A stretch of 61,995 nt of DNA from Octopus bimaculoides. Its lineage: Eukaryota. The position numbers were made by a program, and so were the translations under genes. Shown in pieces: positions 39,863 to 53,409 of this stretch. Where the stretch lies: contig NC_068992.1 of NCBI RefSeq assembly GCF_001194135.2, positions 67,383,153 to 67,445,147 of the forward strand. The letters are read 5' to 3'. Below the pieces are notes generated by a model, which had not been told where the DNA came from, did no database searches, and was given only the letters and a program-made list of their open reading frames with translations. Within the stretch, counting starts at the first letter, position 1. Each line of letters starts with the position of its first letter.

Positions 39863-40050
39863 TGCCACGTGTTGGCAGAAACGTTAGCACGGTGTGTAAA
39901 ATGATTAGCAGTACATTTTACGTTCTGAGTTCAAACCCCGATGTTGACTTTTGCACTTCATCATCTAGGTTTGATAAAATAAGTACCAGTTAATCACTGG
40001 GGTCGATACAATCAACATACCTCCCCCTGCCGAACTTTTTGGGGCTTTCA
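39863..40050 (+). mobile_element. SINE family B copy
   Basis: ttggcagaaacgttagcac..tttacgttctgagttcaaa..gataaaataagtaccagttaatcactggggtcgat; directly follows a (TATC)n tract. Confidence 0.85.
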
Positions 40051-40101
40051 AACTTTATATCTGTGTATCAGGAATTTACAAATATATGCATGTACATACA
40101 C

Positions 40102-40139
<38 letters not shown>

Positions 40140-40149
40140 NNNNNNNNNN

Positions 40150-40200
<51 letters not shown>

Positions 40201-40881
40201 CGTTTTTGTGCATATACAAATACATATATATCTGTATGTGTGTGTGCGTGAATATAAATATAGTGAGATATCAGTGTCTGAGTGAAATATCTTTAGCGAT
40301 TATAAAAGTAAATATTTTCACTGATTCACTATATTTCGCATCAATAATTCCTTCACGGTCACTTAGTAATTAATCCCTTTAGGATTATACACTTTCATGT
40401 ATTAAAATATTTTATTGGAAAGTAATATATTCTATCTAGTGGAACACCGTTTCTCCATCACCATCTTGTCTTTTACACTTTGCAGATTTTCGTTATCAAT
40501 ACGTTTTATCAAATATATTACTGCTGGCCATTTTTCCATACTTAATAAATCTATGTTCACTTATCAGTTTTATATGAGTGGATATTGCGGTGCCATCTCA
40601 ATAAATCTGTTTGTTTTCTCTGTGTTCATCAAAATAATAGAACACAAATGGGATTACATATTGTAAATTATCCTTTTAACTGTATACATAGACACATTCA
40701 TTCATTCATTCATACAAACATAGATACATATATACATACATAAATACATGTACATACACACATACTATGTATATGTGTGTGTATATATATTTAAATATAT
40801 ATAATATATAAATAATTATAGACATATACATACATATATAAAAATATATATATACATATGTATATTTAAATGTATATATAT

Positions 40882-40913
<32 letters not shown>

Positions 40914-41730
40914 TTGCATTTTATTCGCTTCCAGGTCTTTTCATATTAATTGAACATATTTAAAAATTCCTCCCGATTCTGTTAAATATCAGTTTTTATG
41001 TCATTCTTTGCATGATCCCTTTGTTATGGTTGAATGGATCATGGTGTGTTCCGTGCAGAGATACATGACAACCTATAGTCATCCCTAAAAAACTAGGTAA
41101 ATAAATCACCAATATGCTTATAATTAATTTCACACTAAAACTAATGATAAAACACAAAAACACTAAATTTACCGAAATAACATTTTATTGGTAACTAACC
41201 ACATTTAATTAAATTTTAAAATACTTCCAATTATGGAATATTATTTACCAATTTGATTCCATAGCTGAAAGTTTTGAAGTGGAAGTACGAAATTTTATAC
41301 GACACCCAATCGCTGTTAAAAAATTCCACATAAACATGAAATAAAAAGGAAAAGTAAAACTTTGAGCAACGGAACAACGATTTCACAGTAAAGAAAATGA
41401 TTATAATGCACAGAATATACCTCTTTAAATACAAGTGTAATGATGAAACAGCACAGTGAAGAGGGCGCTGCTACTAAGTCAATAAGTATTGAAATCCGAA
41501 ACCGGTGCCTGTTTAATGATGTTTTTTTAGGTGATTTTAAATGTCTTGCCCGCTTACGTTTTAGATTGCTGCTATATTTCATGTTGAGAACAATTTAGGT
41601 CTTAATAGACACACGATGTGATCTATTTCTAGCGCATTAATTGTCCACGTTAGTGGTCAACGTTATTTTTTTTAAATGTACCTTAATCCCCTGAGATTGC
41701 AGATAATATTTCTGAATCTCTTTGATTCTT

Positions 41731-41766
<36 letters not shown>

Positions 41767-42054
41767 TAATTAAACATATATATCGATACCCACACATACA
41801 AATTTATTTGCATATATACAAACCATAAGCGCATACACACACATAAGCAACTGAAACATACGCAAACATATGCATATATATATCTAACATATGTCATATA
41901 CATACACATAATCACTAACATGTAAATACATATCCATAAATAAAGAAATGGACAGAGAAAAATTAAAGCAAAAATATATCAAAATATATAGAGAAAAAGG
42001 ATATATATAAATTTGGATGGAAATAAAGAAAAAACATAAGGATAAAAAGAATGT

Positions 42055-42104
<50 letters not shown>

Positions 42105-42371
42105 NNNNNNNNNNTATACACATCAATGCACACATATATACATATACATACACTCATGCTAAATATTAGAGGGGGCTCTCAGTAATAACAGTGTAGCAAA
42201 ACGGTGTTGCCCCAACATGGCCAGGGCTCTGAGCTGATACTACAAAAGAAATATGGATAGAAATTATAGATACACAAACGTATAGATAAAAATATAAACA
42301 TTTGGATATAAATAGACAGATATAAAAATACTCATACATACATACACACACACATACACACACACATGTAC

Positions 42372-42434
<63 letters not shown>

Positions 42435-42461
42435 CTCATATATACATGTATATCAATATAT

Positions 42462-42514
<53 letters not shown>

Positions 42515-43607
42515 ACACAAATCATTTTATATAATTAATTAAATATATGAACATAATGTATATTAGATATTTATAGCAAAATATACATATTAATAAATAT
42601 ATACAATACAAAAATCATGTAACATATATGAAACAAATCAATTTCATATGACCATTGTATCTTTTAGTTATATCCACTTCATAAATATTAGTACTAGAGA
42701 GCAACCAGTCTAATCTTGGATATTTTTTTATGTCTCCGAGCTTTATATCCTCATTTGTACCTCTATCTATCTACCAACCAAAATTTGTGTATATTTATAT
42801 ATCTATGGATATCTTTAAATATCAAGATATAATTGACAAACACACGCATACAGACACAGATACACACACATATACATAGATAAAAAAATCTGAAATTTTT
42901 CCATATACTTAAAAGTAAAATGCAAGACAAGAATTTTTCATAAAGACAAGCGTAACGAGAACCATTAGCACAACTGTTTAGGTAAATATTTATTTTGCAG
43001 TAATGTATCTAAATGGTTGCTACCGCTAAAAAATATTTTCATTTAAAATTATAAAAAATGTAATATTGAAATGATGTATTAAGTTCTGTATATTTTAGTT
43101 ATTATTGGCTCACTTTCACGAAGCCGCCATCGAATTCTGAAAGTAATTTGTCAATAATATAGTGAATTTAGAGATACATAGGTCTGTTGGTATATAATGT
43201 GTCTACATTCCAATATGTAAGGAATAAATTGTTCATCATAAATTCCCCAAAATTATATAGCAACATGGTTTCCTGGATAACATGATGAGCTGTGTTACTT
43301 TTAAGGATATTTTCTCTACACGCAGACAACGTCTAGTTCTGATAAGACTAATGTCTAGAGATTTACTTCTTCATAAACTACGCTCTATGTATATTTTGGC
43401 AAACATCCGTCCAAAAGAATGGTTCAAGTAAGCTCATTTTAATTCGAACATTGCACATCTACTATGGTACGCAACTATATGCAAGAGAATCCATACATAA
43501 AGCAAAACTCGCAAATCAGCACACATATATACCTATATATATATATATAGCAGTAATTTTCAGAATCCTATACATAGTTGCCCACCGCCATGTGTGCGCG
43601 TCCATAT

Positions 43608-43657
<50 letters not shown>

Positions 43658-45814
43658 CACACGCAAACAAGCGCACAAACATGCACGCTCACACACACAA
43701 ACACATACTCACACATATGTACATATAGTCCATGCACCACTTTTGTATCCTTTTCACTTAACAGTCAGTAATTCGCTAAATAAATAACGAATAAAAAGGA
43801 AAGTAACACACGAGCTACTCTCAATAACAAACCCATGCCACCACCGTTGATACAACTGTTGGAAATACCTTTTTTTTTTCACATGAAACGAAATATCTAT
43901 TACCTTTGAAGTAGATATTATTTAAATTTCTAAATGAAACTGTTGTAAAGTAGACATATAACGAATTGTGCAGATGGAAATCGATAAGTGGTGAAGACTC
44001 AAAACTGTACTGAATCAAAGAATGCAAAACACATAAAACTCAATATGATTGAGATACTTTTCTCTGTTAAGCAACAGATTTTCGTTTATCAATTTCAATT
44101 GGTACAAATAGAAATATATTTAGTTATGTTTATTCTGTGAGAGATTAAATATGAACATGCATTTCTCTTTGAAAGTATCGTATTTCTTTATTGAATTCTC
44201 TAAATTGAAAGTAACTATTCCCAATTCGATGTTAATGGACCCTATTGAGTTAAACATCTGCTGGTTGCAATAGCACACCATATATATTCCGATATGATAT
44301 AACTTTTGCTTTTTGGATCAGAAAATATAATGCCTTATCCCTCTTGCTTCACCGTTCTATTTTCGCTCTAGGTTATTAGGTTTTGCGTCTGTATCAATTT
44401 ACTGTACCGTACACAATGATCCGCTGCCTACAGGAGGACTACTTTTCAAACATCAAAAATCCTAATGTAATTTACTTCTACACTACTGCGTGCATCGGAG
44501 ATTTCGTATTTAAGAAAGCAAGCAGAAATCAATATCAATGTATGATTTTTATTCTATCGATTGTGCTTTTTAACATGTGTTAACCGAAAATACATTGTAA
44601 TAAATATTTACATATTTGTTATCAAAATGTGATTAACGTTTTGTTACATATTTACAAAAATGTTTAAGAGTTCTCGACATAATTTTTAAAATGGAAATGC
44701 ATTAAATTTATGTTTAGCCGTTTCGGATATTGATTTACTACAGACTACAAACTCAAAAACACACAATGTATCACTAAGTATGGAAACGAACATTTCCGTA
44801 AATTAAACATATACTTTCTTGTAATCATATCTCTCCTTTCATTTCTTGAGTCGCTAATAATTGCCTCGAGTATTTTGTGGATTTCTTTTTATCAAGAACT
44901 AACAAATTTCAATTCATCGAATGATTTGGGGCCTACATCCATCCATGCACCACCTACTCGATTATATAATTTTATCGAGCAGGGTATTTTACATCTAGAC
45001 GATTACGGTAACGATTAATCATTCGAACTCCAAAAACCTAACTTTAATTCAATTCTCCACCTAGACACACACACACCAATATGAAATGGAGCAATTACAT
45101 AAGCTGTTTCAACAGTAACCCCTTTAGAATGTTATAGTGATTCAAATGCCAAGTGTTTCAAAATGTACTGTCTTAAATGTAAATCTTTGATAAAGCAATT
45201 GTAAATGCAGCGTTAAAATCTATAAAATTATGGAATTTTAACTCAGAACCTACTAGTTGAACGCTGATGTCGACGTAAAATTACACAGGTAGGCCAGGCC
45301 ATACACCATCGTGTCTTTTGTGCCTAATGGAGAAACATTAAAAATCTTTAGTGCAAGGCAGTTTGAAAAGACACAGATATGACAATGTGCTTCAAACAAA
45401 TTGCTTCGAAACTAAATGATCTGCAATTTGAGTGTATTTTGCAACCTTAAGGTCAGGTTTCATCTGACCATAGACTCGTCTCAAACCTTTTTGAAATATA
45501 ATGTCCGGAGACAGTGTAAAACCAATCAGCGGCACGTGACCTTTCTTTGCTTCTTAGACTTAAGCATCTCCCTGTTATAACTGCGCTATTTCACCGTTGG
45601 CTGCAGAGATTCTCCTTTGTTACAAATGCAGAAAATCCTAATGTCATTCTTTAGATAATTTCATTGTCTTCTCGATAGTTAGAGAAGCTTTGAAACTTGT
45701 GCGATGCTCTCTTCTTTATAATTCCTGACAAAGCCTCATTAAATGCATAACGGTATGCATCTTAATGAATGGACAAATGATTCAATTTTACATATATTTA
45801 TTTCAAATTTTGGT

Positions 45815-46352
45815 ACAAGGTCAACAATTTGAGCGGAGGGGTAAGCCGATTATATCGCACCCAGTGCTCAGCTGGTACTTCTTCTATCAACCCCCGAATA
45901 TATAAAAGGCAAAGTCGAACTGAGTGGAATTTGAACATAGAACGTAAATGCAGACGAAATGCCGCTAACACTTTTGTCCGCCGTGCTAACGATTCTGTCC
46001 GCTTGACGCCTTAAACTTTACAAACAATTGTTTCAAAGTTTTGCACAAGGCCAGCAACTCTTTTGTGGGTAGGGACTAAGTCGGTTAGATCGTTCCCAAT
46101 GCTCAGTTACTATTTACTTTTTCGACCCCAATAAATGAGAGGCGAAATCAATCTCGGTGGAAGTTGAACTCAACATGTAAAGACTGACGAAATGCCGCTA
46201 AGCATTTTGCCCGGCGCTCTAAAGACTACATCGACCCCAGTGCACAGCTGGTACTTATTTTATCGACCTCCGATGGATGAAAGGCAACGTTAACATCAGG
46301 GGAATTTGAACCCAGAACGTACCACTTTAACGCTGATGTCAACGCAAAATAC
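45815..46352 (-). mobile_element. Cluster of three SINE family B copies in tandem (about 45815-46013, 46049-46225, 46228-46352)
   Basis: Recurrent (c)agtgc.cagctggtactt..tcgacc..aaaggcaa..ggaatttgaac.cagaacgta; the first two copies also carry gacgaaatgccgctaa. Confidence 0.85.
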
Positions 46353-46430
46353 AAATTAGAAGTCAGGCACGTCCATCTCTCTCTGGAAAAGCAGAAAAAA
46401 TAAAGTTCCCCGTTTAGCAGCAGTATACTG

Positions 46431-46471
<41 letters not shown>

Positions 46472-46935
46472 ACGCACACGCACACACGCACACGCACACC
46501 CACTGTATATATGTGTGTGTTTGTGTACTTGTGTGTGTTTGCCTGTGGGTGTGGGTGTAAATATACTAACATATACTATGTATATACATAAGCATATATG
46601 GTAAATATACTATATATGTAATATATACTATGTATATGTCTACACAAACACAAACCCACACATATATAAATATATACGTTTCAATGCACACAAACGTACA
46701 AACACATGTACATATGTGCACCGTTGCTTCACCACACCTTATTCTCATATTCTTTTATTTTTGATGTTTCCACATACATAATGAACAATATTTTTTGTGT
46801 AAAAGTGTACTGTGCTAATAGTATTATGTATAATAAATGTAGAGGTAATGTTATTATTGACAACTTATTGATTTTTGTTCTCCGTGTCTATATATATAAT
46901 GTGTATGCATATAATGTACAAATATAATGTGTGTG

Positions 46936-46983
<48 letters not shown>

Positions 46984-47701
46984 TACATACGTGCCGTGAA
47001 ATCTTTCTCATATCTATATAGTTGATAATAAAGTCCAAATTTAATTTCAATTTAAAAACAGTGAAGTTATGAAGTCTATATTGTCAAGTATGTTTCTATG
47101 AGTAAAACAAGCCTGAGAGGAAAACGTATTATCTATTGAGTTATGCTACTTATGAATTATCTTTTCATTACATTTTTTATATGGTTCTTCTAGAGTAACG
47201 AAAATTATTCTTTTTATATCTTTCGTTTTTATCTCTAATTCTTCACATCTTTAATCCTGTGAAGATTCAATGTTTTTCTACTCTAGTTACTCACACGTAT
47301 ATTCACTTATAAACTAAAATGCAGGGATAAAATAAAAAAATAAAGAGATTTAATTGATTGTCTGAAGTAAACAATCTATACAGCACAACCCTGAGAAGTT
47401 ATAGCCCACATAATTACATCGGTATAAGGTAATAAAACTATCACTGTAAGTGGTGCACATCTAGCAACCATATATAGGGGGAAATAGAAACACAGTTAGC
47501 AAAGGAAATGAACTGGAAGACACTGATGATAAAACCATTATATTTATTTCTTTATCTCTCTTGTCCGGTCATCGCCATGATTGACCGCTAGCTACCAAAT
47601 CTTTCTTGTTTTATTCTAAGCTAATACACCTGTTTGTTGTTTACACACCTGTCTTCGTTTTTTTGGGGTTTTTTTGTAAATTCTATCTATCTATCTATCT
47701 G

Positions 47702-47742
<41 letters not shown>

Positions 47743-48384
47743 TTATCATTCTGTCTGTCTGTCTGTCTGAATTATTAACGTTTGTTTTATGTTCATTTAC
47801 TAAATGCACAGTTATATATTAATATCATGGGTTATTCTATACTTTTTGAGTACCAATTTATTTTTCTTAAACTAAACAAGATTATTATTGACAGCAATTT
47901 CGAAGTTTCGGTCAGTGACGTTTAACACAGACACACACACAGACACACACACAGTGGTTAGGATGTTGCACTCACGATCGCATCAGCCGAATCGACCTTC
48001 CAGCGGCGCCTATAGAACCACAGATCCTCTTTCAGGATTCCAGAAAGACGCCTGAAGATGAAGAGACCCCCTTGCAATATCAAATGGAGTTTCTTAGAGC
48101 GGACGGGATCTTACATTGACGGGAGAGAGCGTTGCAAGTTTCGTATAGCTGAGCAAGCAAGGATACTCAAAGATTCCCTGAAGCCTGTGTCACTGAACAC
48201 TCTCCAGGAAATTTACATTCTTGGCATCCATTTCAAACTCTACCTGCTACAAGCATAGGATTCTCCGTTCTCCGATTAGACATGGGAGGAGTCCTTACAA
48301 TCTAGGAGCGGCCCGACGGAATAAGTCCTCTGTTCGCCCTTTCCTTTATCAACCTTTCTTTGTATCGTTTCGGAGTCAAAAACT

Positions 48385-48475
48385 AAATACCGGTTCAACA
48401 CTGGGGTCACTATGTAAGCAGCTTATCCACTTCCCCGAAATTGCTTGCCTTGAGCCAATATTTGAAACAAATATG
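48385..48475 (+). mobile_element. SINE family B 3' tail fragment
   Basis: accggttcaacactggggtcact.tgtaa..cttatcc.cttccccgaaattgcttgccttgagccaatatttgaaac. Confidence 0.7.
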
Positions 48476-49934
48476 TGAGATGATTATTGATATGTAAATT
48501 TCAAAAGCGAGGGTGTTTTATTTAATTGGTATTAATTTGTCCTTGTAAACTTAAGGTCTTGTGACATTTTGTAGTTCGTGTTGATGTATATTGGCTGAAA
48601 ACTATCTTCGTGGAGCAAAACATTACTTTTTGTCAATTTTGTTCCTTGCTAATTTGACCTTACGGAGGGATGTGAATGAATTCTGTATCTACGAAGAGAA
48701 CAATCGTCAAGTTTGTTACCCGAAAGTGTTGAGGTAAATTTCTAGCATAGGTCACTGTGTTAGATTTATGTGCTAGATCATGTATAACTGTATCCGTATT
48801 AATTTTCCGATGGCGGATTGGGACTGCTAGACATTTGCTGGAATAATCGTTTTATGTTTGATAGACCAAAATACATTTTTTCGGACATTTGAGATATAAA
48901 TATTGACTGATGAGCTTTAACTGATGCATCGTAGACGTTATCATGCCATACGTCAAAATCCTTTCTCCTACACTGGCTTCATCGCTGCCATGCAGCACAA
49001 ACTGTTTTCGAAAAATATATTTGTAGGGCTGGCGTAAAAAAAATCGATATAGTTTGGGTTAATTTTTAAATTTATTGTCATAAATTTTTTTAAAAACCTC
49101 TATCAATAACAGGGGTAAAACCAAAAATGATCCGCTAAAGAATGTATCTCACACGATTGAATTATCAGTCATTTTACTTGAAGTAATATATTATTTCCTG
49201 ATCGAAAGTTATAACGAAATATGTCGATCATGCATGCCGGAACTCTTATCGAAGAATCAAATGGGAATAAATATAAAATTGAAAGTCAATTGAAACTCAG
49301 TCAGATGAATGACATTACAGTTCATATGTTTTAAATATTGATGTGTATCATAGGCGAGTTGTAACATATTAAACGATGTTTCAGGTCAAGGTTAGTTTTC
49401 CTGTTAACCAATTATATATTAGATGCAAAATAATGCCTGGCAAAGTTTTAACTATCACATATCATATCTTTTACTTTCCTCAACTAATTAACATTTCTAT
49501 GACAAGAACGTGATGTAGCAGATCATTTAGAACTATGCACACTTCATTTATGAAACATGGTCTTATTCTTAGAGAACACTTCCAGTAAATTATCAGCTTT
49601 TCACTTTTCGGATTTGAAATTTAAAACATATGTGTATATATCGTGTGAACCAATAAGATGTATAGACACACGTGATCTTAATGTGATACCAGTTTTCCGC
49701 CACAATATGACGTTATTGTACTTACGTTACTGTTACAAATGTTTATATCTGTTGCTAAGACATTCAAATCATTATTCAATGTTTCCACAATAAGATTTCT
49801 ATGATATATTTAAATAATCTGCGAGTGAAACTACTGCAATATATGTCTGTGTGTGCGTGTGTGTGTATGTGTGTGTGCCTTTGTGTGTGTGTGTGTGCGC
49901 GCATGTTTGTCTGCGCTTTCTACGCTCTTGTGTA

Positions 49935-50278
49935 TTCTTTTATTCTTTTACTTGTTTCAGTCATTTGACTGCGGCCATGCTGGTGCACAAACTTTAGTTG
50001 AATAAATCGACCCCAGAACTTATTCTTCGTAAGCCTAAGTTACGGGGACGTAAACACACCAGCATCGGCTGTCAAGCGATGCTGGGGTGACAAACACACA
50101 AACACATATACATATATATATATATAAGACGGGCTTCTTTCAGTTTCCGTCTACCAAATCCACTCACAAGGCTTTGGGTGGTATGAGGTTATAGTAGAAG
50201 AAACTTGCCCAAGGTCTCACTGAACCCGGAACCATGTGGTTGGTAGGCAAGCTACTTACCACACAGCCACTACTGCGG
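49935..50278 (-). mobile_element. tRNA-derived SINE family A with internal deletion and internal (CA/TA)n
   Basis: Homologous to 6521-6913. Minus head tggctgtgtggtaagtagcttgcctaccaaccacatggttccgggttcagt. Confidence 0.9.
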
Positions 50279-50789
50279 CTAATGTATATGTATTAAACCA
50301 TTTCTTGCGGTGTTTAATGTATCATTTCATGTAAATTAATTTCACAATTTTTTTTTTTCTCATATGATGCTTTGTTTTTACATCGTTCGGCTCAACTATC
50401 TTTATTATAACAGTTTTACCAAAACATTACATCGATATGAATTTACTTTCTATTAAGTTTTATACTAATCAATTAGTTGCGATATTGCGATATATTTTAC
50501 TTAATAAATCATTAGTGAAATCATAACATTTTATAGAATTAAAAAAAAGTGGACGAAATATGAATTTTATCTTCAACTTGTATCAGTGGTAGTTATATGA
50601 TACTTATTCAGGAAACTAATTTCTTTTATAATGAACAATTAACATATACTAAGATCTATCAGAAAATACATTCCTTCTTTCACAATAATAAAATTATGAG
50701 TGCTTTCCTGATATCCGCCATATAATAACATTTGTTTTTTTAGTAACAAGTATGCGTCAAAATAAGTGGATTTATCAACAAAAGCAACT

Positions 50790-51153
50790 TACATTATTTA
50801 CATTTGACGGATATTTGTCCTCATCTTGTTTGTTGTTAATACAGCGTTTCGGCTGATATAGCCTCCAGCCTTCATCAGGTGTCTTGCAGAAATTTCGAAC
50901 CTGGGTTCTCATTCGTCAGGTATTTTTCGATGCTGTTGTTGCTGTTGTTGTTATTATTATTAATATTACTATTGTTATTATTATTATTACTCAGGTGTCA
51001 CTGACTGGAATCGAACTCGGAATATTGGGATTAGTAGCCCAGGTTGGAAATTTCTCCAAGACACCTGATGAAGGCTGGAGGGTATATCAGACGAAATGTT
51101 GTGTTAGCAACAAACAAGATGAGGACAAATATCCGCCAAATGTAAATAATGTA
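50790..51153. mobile_element. Palindromic non-autonomous element: two 116-bp inverted arms around a (GTT/ATT)n plus tRNA-like core
   Basis: Arms 50790-50905 and 51038-51153 are reverse complements with about 10 mismatches. Confidence 0.9.
51060..51105 (+). ncRNA. Hammerhead-ribozyme-like motif, right arm (mirror copy on minus at about 50838-50883)
   Basis: GACAC-CUGAUGA-A-GGCUG(GAGGGUAUAU)CAGaC-GAAA-uGUU-GUGUU. The two-arm consensus gives stem II GGCUG/CAGCC, palindromic ACGU stem III and stem I GACAC/GUGUU; one extra A follows the core. Confidence 0.5.
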
Positions 51154-51972
51154 CATAATTCCTCATCTCTTAACTACAGAACTGTAGCATCAGATTTGTA
51201 TTTTATCTTACAAAAAAAGAAACATGATTTCAGAATTATCGGGTTAATAGTCATGTTGTAATATAATATAGTTTTCGGTCGAGAGTGAAGCTTCTACATG
51301 AATTACAATGGTAATGTTAATTAGAAAATTGGAATTACATTCTTCTCCCTTGGAATTAGATTTGAATTGCATTTTGTTCCACGCAGAACATTCAAAATAA
51401 GGATCTCGATATTGTCTCATTAACAGAACGGCATTGTTCAAAGAACCCTGATAACCTGGTTTCCGCAATAAATCTTTATGATATGAAATCTCCGGATGCT
51501 AAGAGTAATATATATGAAGCGTTACATTTGATTGTAATAGTGTCGATTATTAAATAATCCATAAATATACGTTTTCAAAATGAGACAGATATGAAATGTA
51601 TGCAAACATGGCTGTTGGAGTTGAACACTATATTAACAATTTGCAATTTTAAAAGTAGGGTGTCTTTGAAAAGTATTCAAGTATAGCATATGTAAAGGTA
51701 ATTAAATTTGTTCGTTATCGCTTCTTTAACGATAATAGCGTATCCAAAATTACTAGATTGATTATGATTAAGTAATTCTAATGAAATGTTGTACACCTTT
51801 CGCCTGTAACAGAAACGTCTGTCAATAAGATATGATTGATAACAATCTAGGAAATGTAACCATAACAGGAAATGAAACATTCATGTTGCCGATAAACGCC
51901 TATAATGCCGTTCAACAGAGAAATGGTAAGCAAGATTGAAATATAACAAAAAGAAGTTATTAGCAGCCTTAC

Positions 51973-52164
51973 TTTAGATATAAATGCAGAGGGAAATGTG
52001 TTCCTCATTTCTCGCATATATCTCATCGAGACTAAGTATATCTAATGTTACATATTCGTCCAGCTCTATAGAAAAGGGATCAAAACAAATGCAGAAACGG
52101 AGCCGAAACTCCTTCAGAGCTGCTTTCCTGGCTGATGAGACATCTATTGCTTCATTCAGAGACG
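51973..52164 (-). pseudogene. Symmetric phase-1 exon-like unit whose last codon is TAA
   Basis: ctgttctacccag| 62 open codons SLNEAIDVSSARKAALKEFRLRFCICFDPFSIELDEYVTLDILSLDEIYARNEEHISLCIYI, TAA, A |gtaagg; 192 nt. Confidence 0.4.
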
Positions 52165-52439
52165 CTGGGTAGAACAGGCCACTCAACATACAAGTGTTTA
52201 CCACATACGCTTCTTACACACATGCCTACAAACACATATACACATGTACACACATATACACATACGCACGAATGCACACAGACACACACATGGACACAAG
52301 CCTACAAACACATACACACATGCACATAGATATACACACACGCACAGTTGCCCCCCCACACACGCACATATGTATATATGTCTATACACACACACATTAC
52401 TCATCATTGTTATTACTACTGCTAATCTTCAGCATGGGG

Positions 52440-52702
52440 CTTCGTCGGCAGTGTAACTAAGCAAAATTTGCCGTCGGAGAAATTGGTATTGACATTTGGG
52501 TAGGATATGCTAACAAATGGGACAGCTAGGATCTTGAGATTGTTGCTTGGGTGTTGCGTGTCTCCCACGATGAATTAACATCCAACGACTAAAGCTTGTA
52601 ATTTGTGGAAAGAGACCTTGTGAGATGGTGTCTGAAAACGGGTTGGTGTTCGCTCTAACCGAATTAATCGGAGCAAGTTAGATCAAGAGCTCTGAGAATT
52701 AA

Positions 52703-52755
<53 letters not shown>

Positions 52756-52790
52756 CAATAATAATAATAATAATAATAATAACAGCAACA
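52440..52790 (+). mobile_element. R4/Dong-like retrotransposon 3' end (ORF end, 3'UTR, (CTA)n(AAT)n tail)
   Basis: VGSVTKQ..GEIGIDI..GTARILR (52519-52539) matches the terminal LLGTARILRKVL of RLE elements; followed by a UTR and a CTA/AAT tail from about 52704. Confidence 0.7.
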
Positions 52791-53334
52791 ACAAGTTATA
52801 AGTTGGGGAGAAAGCCAATAATTTTGAGGGAAAGGGATTACTTGATTCCATTGACCCGAGTATTTGGGTATCTTCTTTATCACTCAGAAAGCATAAAAAG
52901 CAAAGAAGACAAAATTACTGCATCACCATCTTCCTCACTTTCCAAATAGAGAATATACAAAAAAGTATATTAAATGTTATCTCTACTTACAGAAATGGAA
53001 AAAAAGAGTTTTTCCAGATGACAAGAGAAAGAAAGTAAATAACACAAAATATCATTCTGAAAACAAGTAAGCGAATATAGATCTTAAACAAGTAATATTA
53101 GCCAAATCATGCATTAAAAGAACCTCGGAAGAATAGTAAAGACTCTTTTAGGAAAAGAAGGTATTCCAATGAAATCTGAGAGAATGTACAGGAAGATTAA
53201 AAGCAAAAATAAATATGGAGGAGATGCCAACAGGAACAGAAATTCCAGCGTTCCAGGTCAGTAAACGGAACAATATCTTTGAACAATTCAAAACAATAAT
53301 GGAAAAAGAAGGAAGATTTATAAATATCAAATAG

Positions 53335-53409
53335 CACTACGCGCTTGGTACACTACGCGCTTGGTCCTCTATGGGCTTGGTCCACTACGGCCTTGGTCCT
53401 CTACGGGCC
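53335..53409. repeat. GC-rich 16-bp minisatellite, about 4.7 copies
   Basis: cactacgcgcttggta / cactacgcgcttggtc / ctctatgggcttggtc / cactacggccttggtc / ctctacgggcc. Confidence 0.95.

Noticed and set aside
45519-45545. CCAAT plus CACGTG as an ER-stress element or promoter
   Set aside because: Spacing does not fit CCAAT-N9-CCACG and there is no adjacent supported gene start.
48000-48350. CTGAAGA at about 48052 as a third hammerhead
   Set aside because: No stem II-GAAA or cleavage triplet can be folded downstream.
53335-53409. CRISPR-like array
   Set aside because: Contiguous 16-bp units without unique spacers, in a eukaryotic context with no cas genes.
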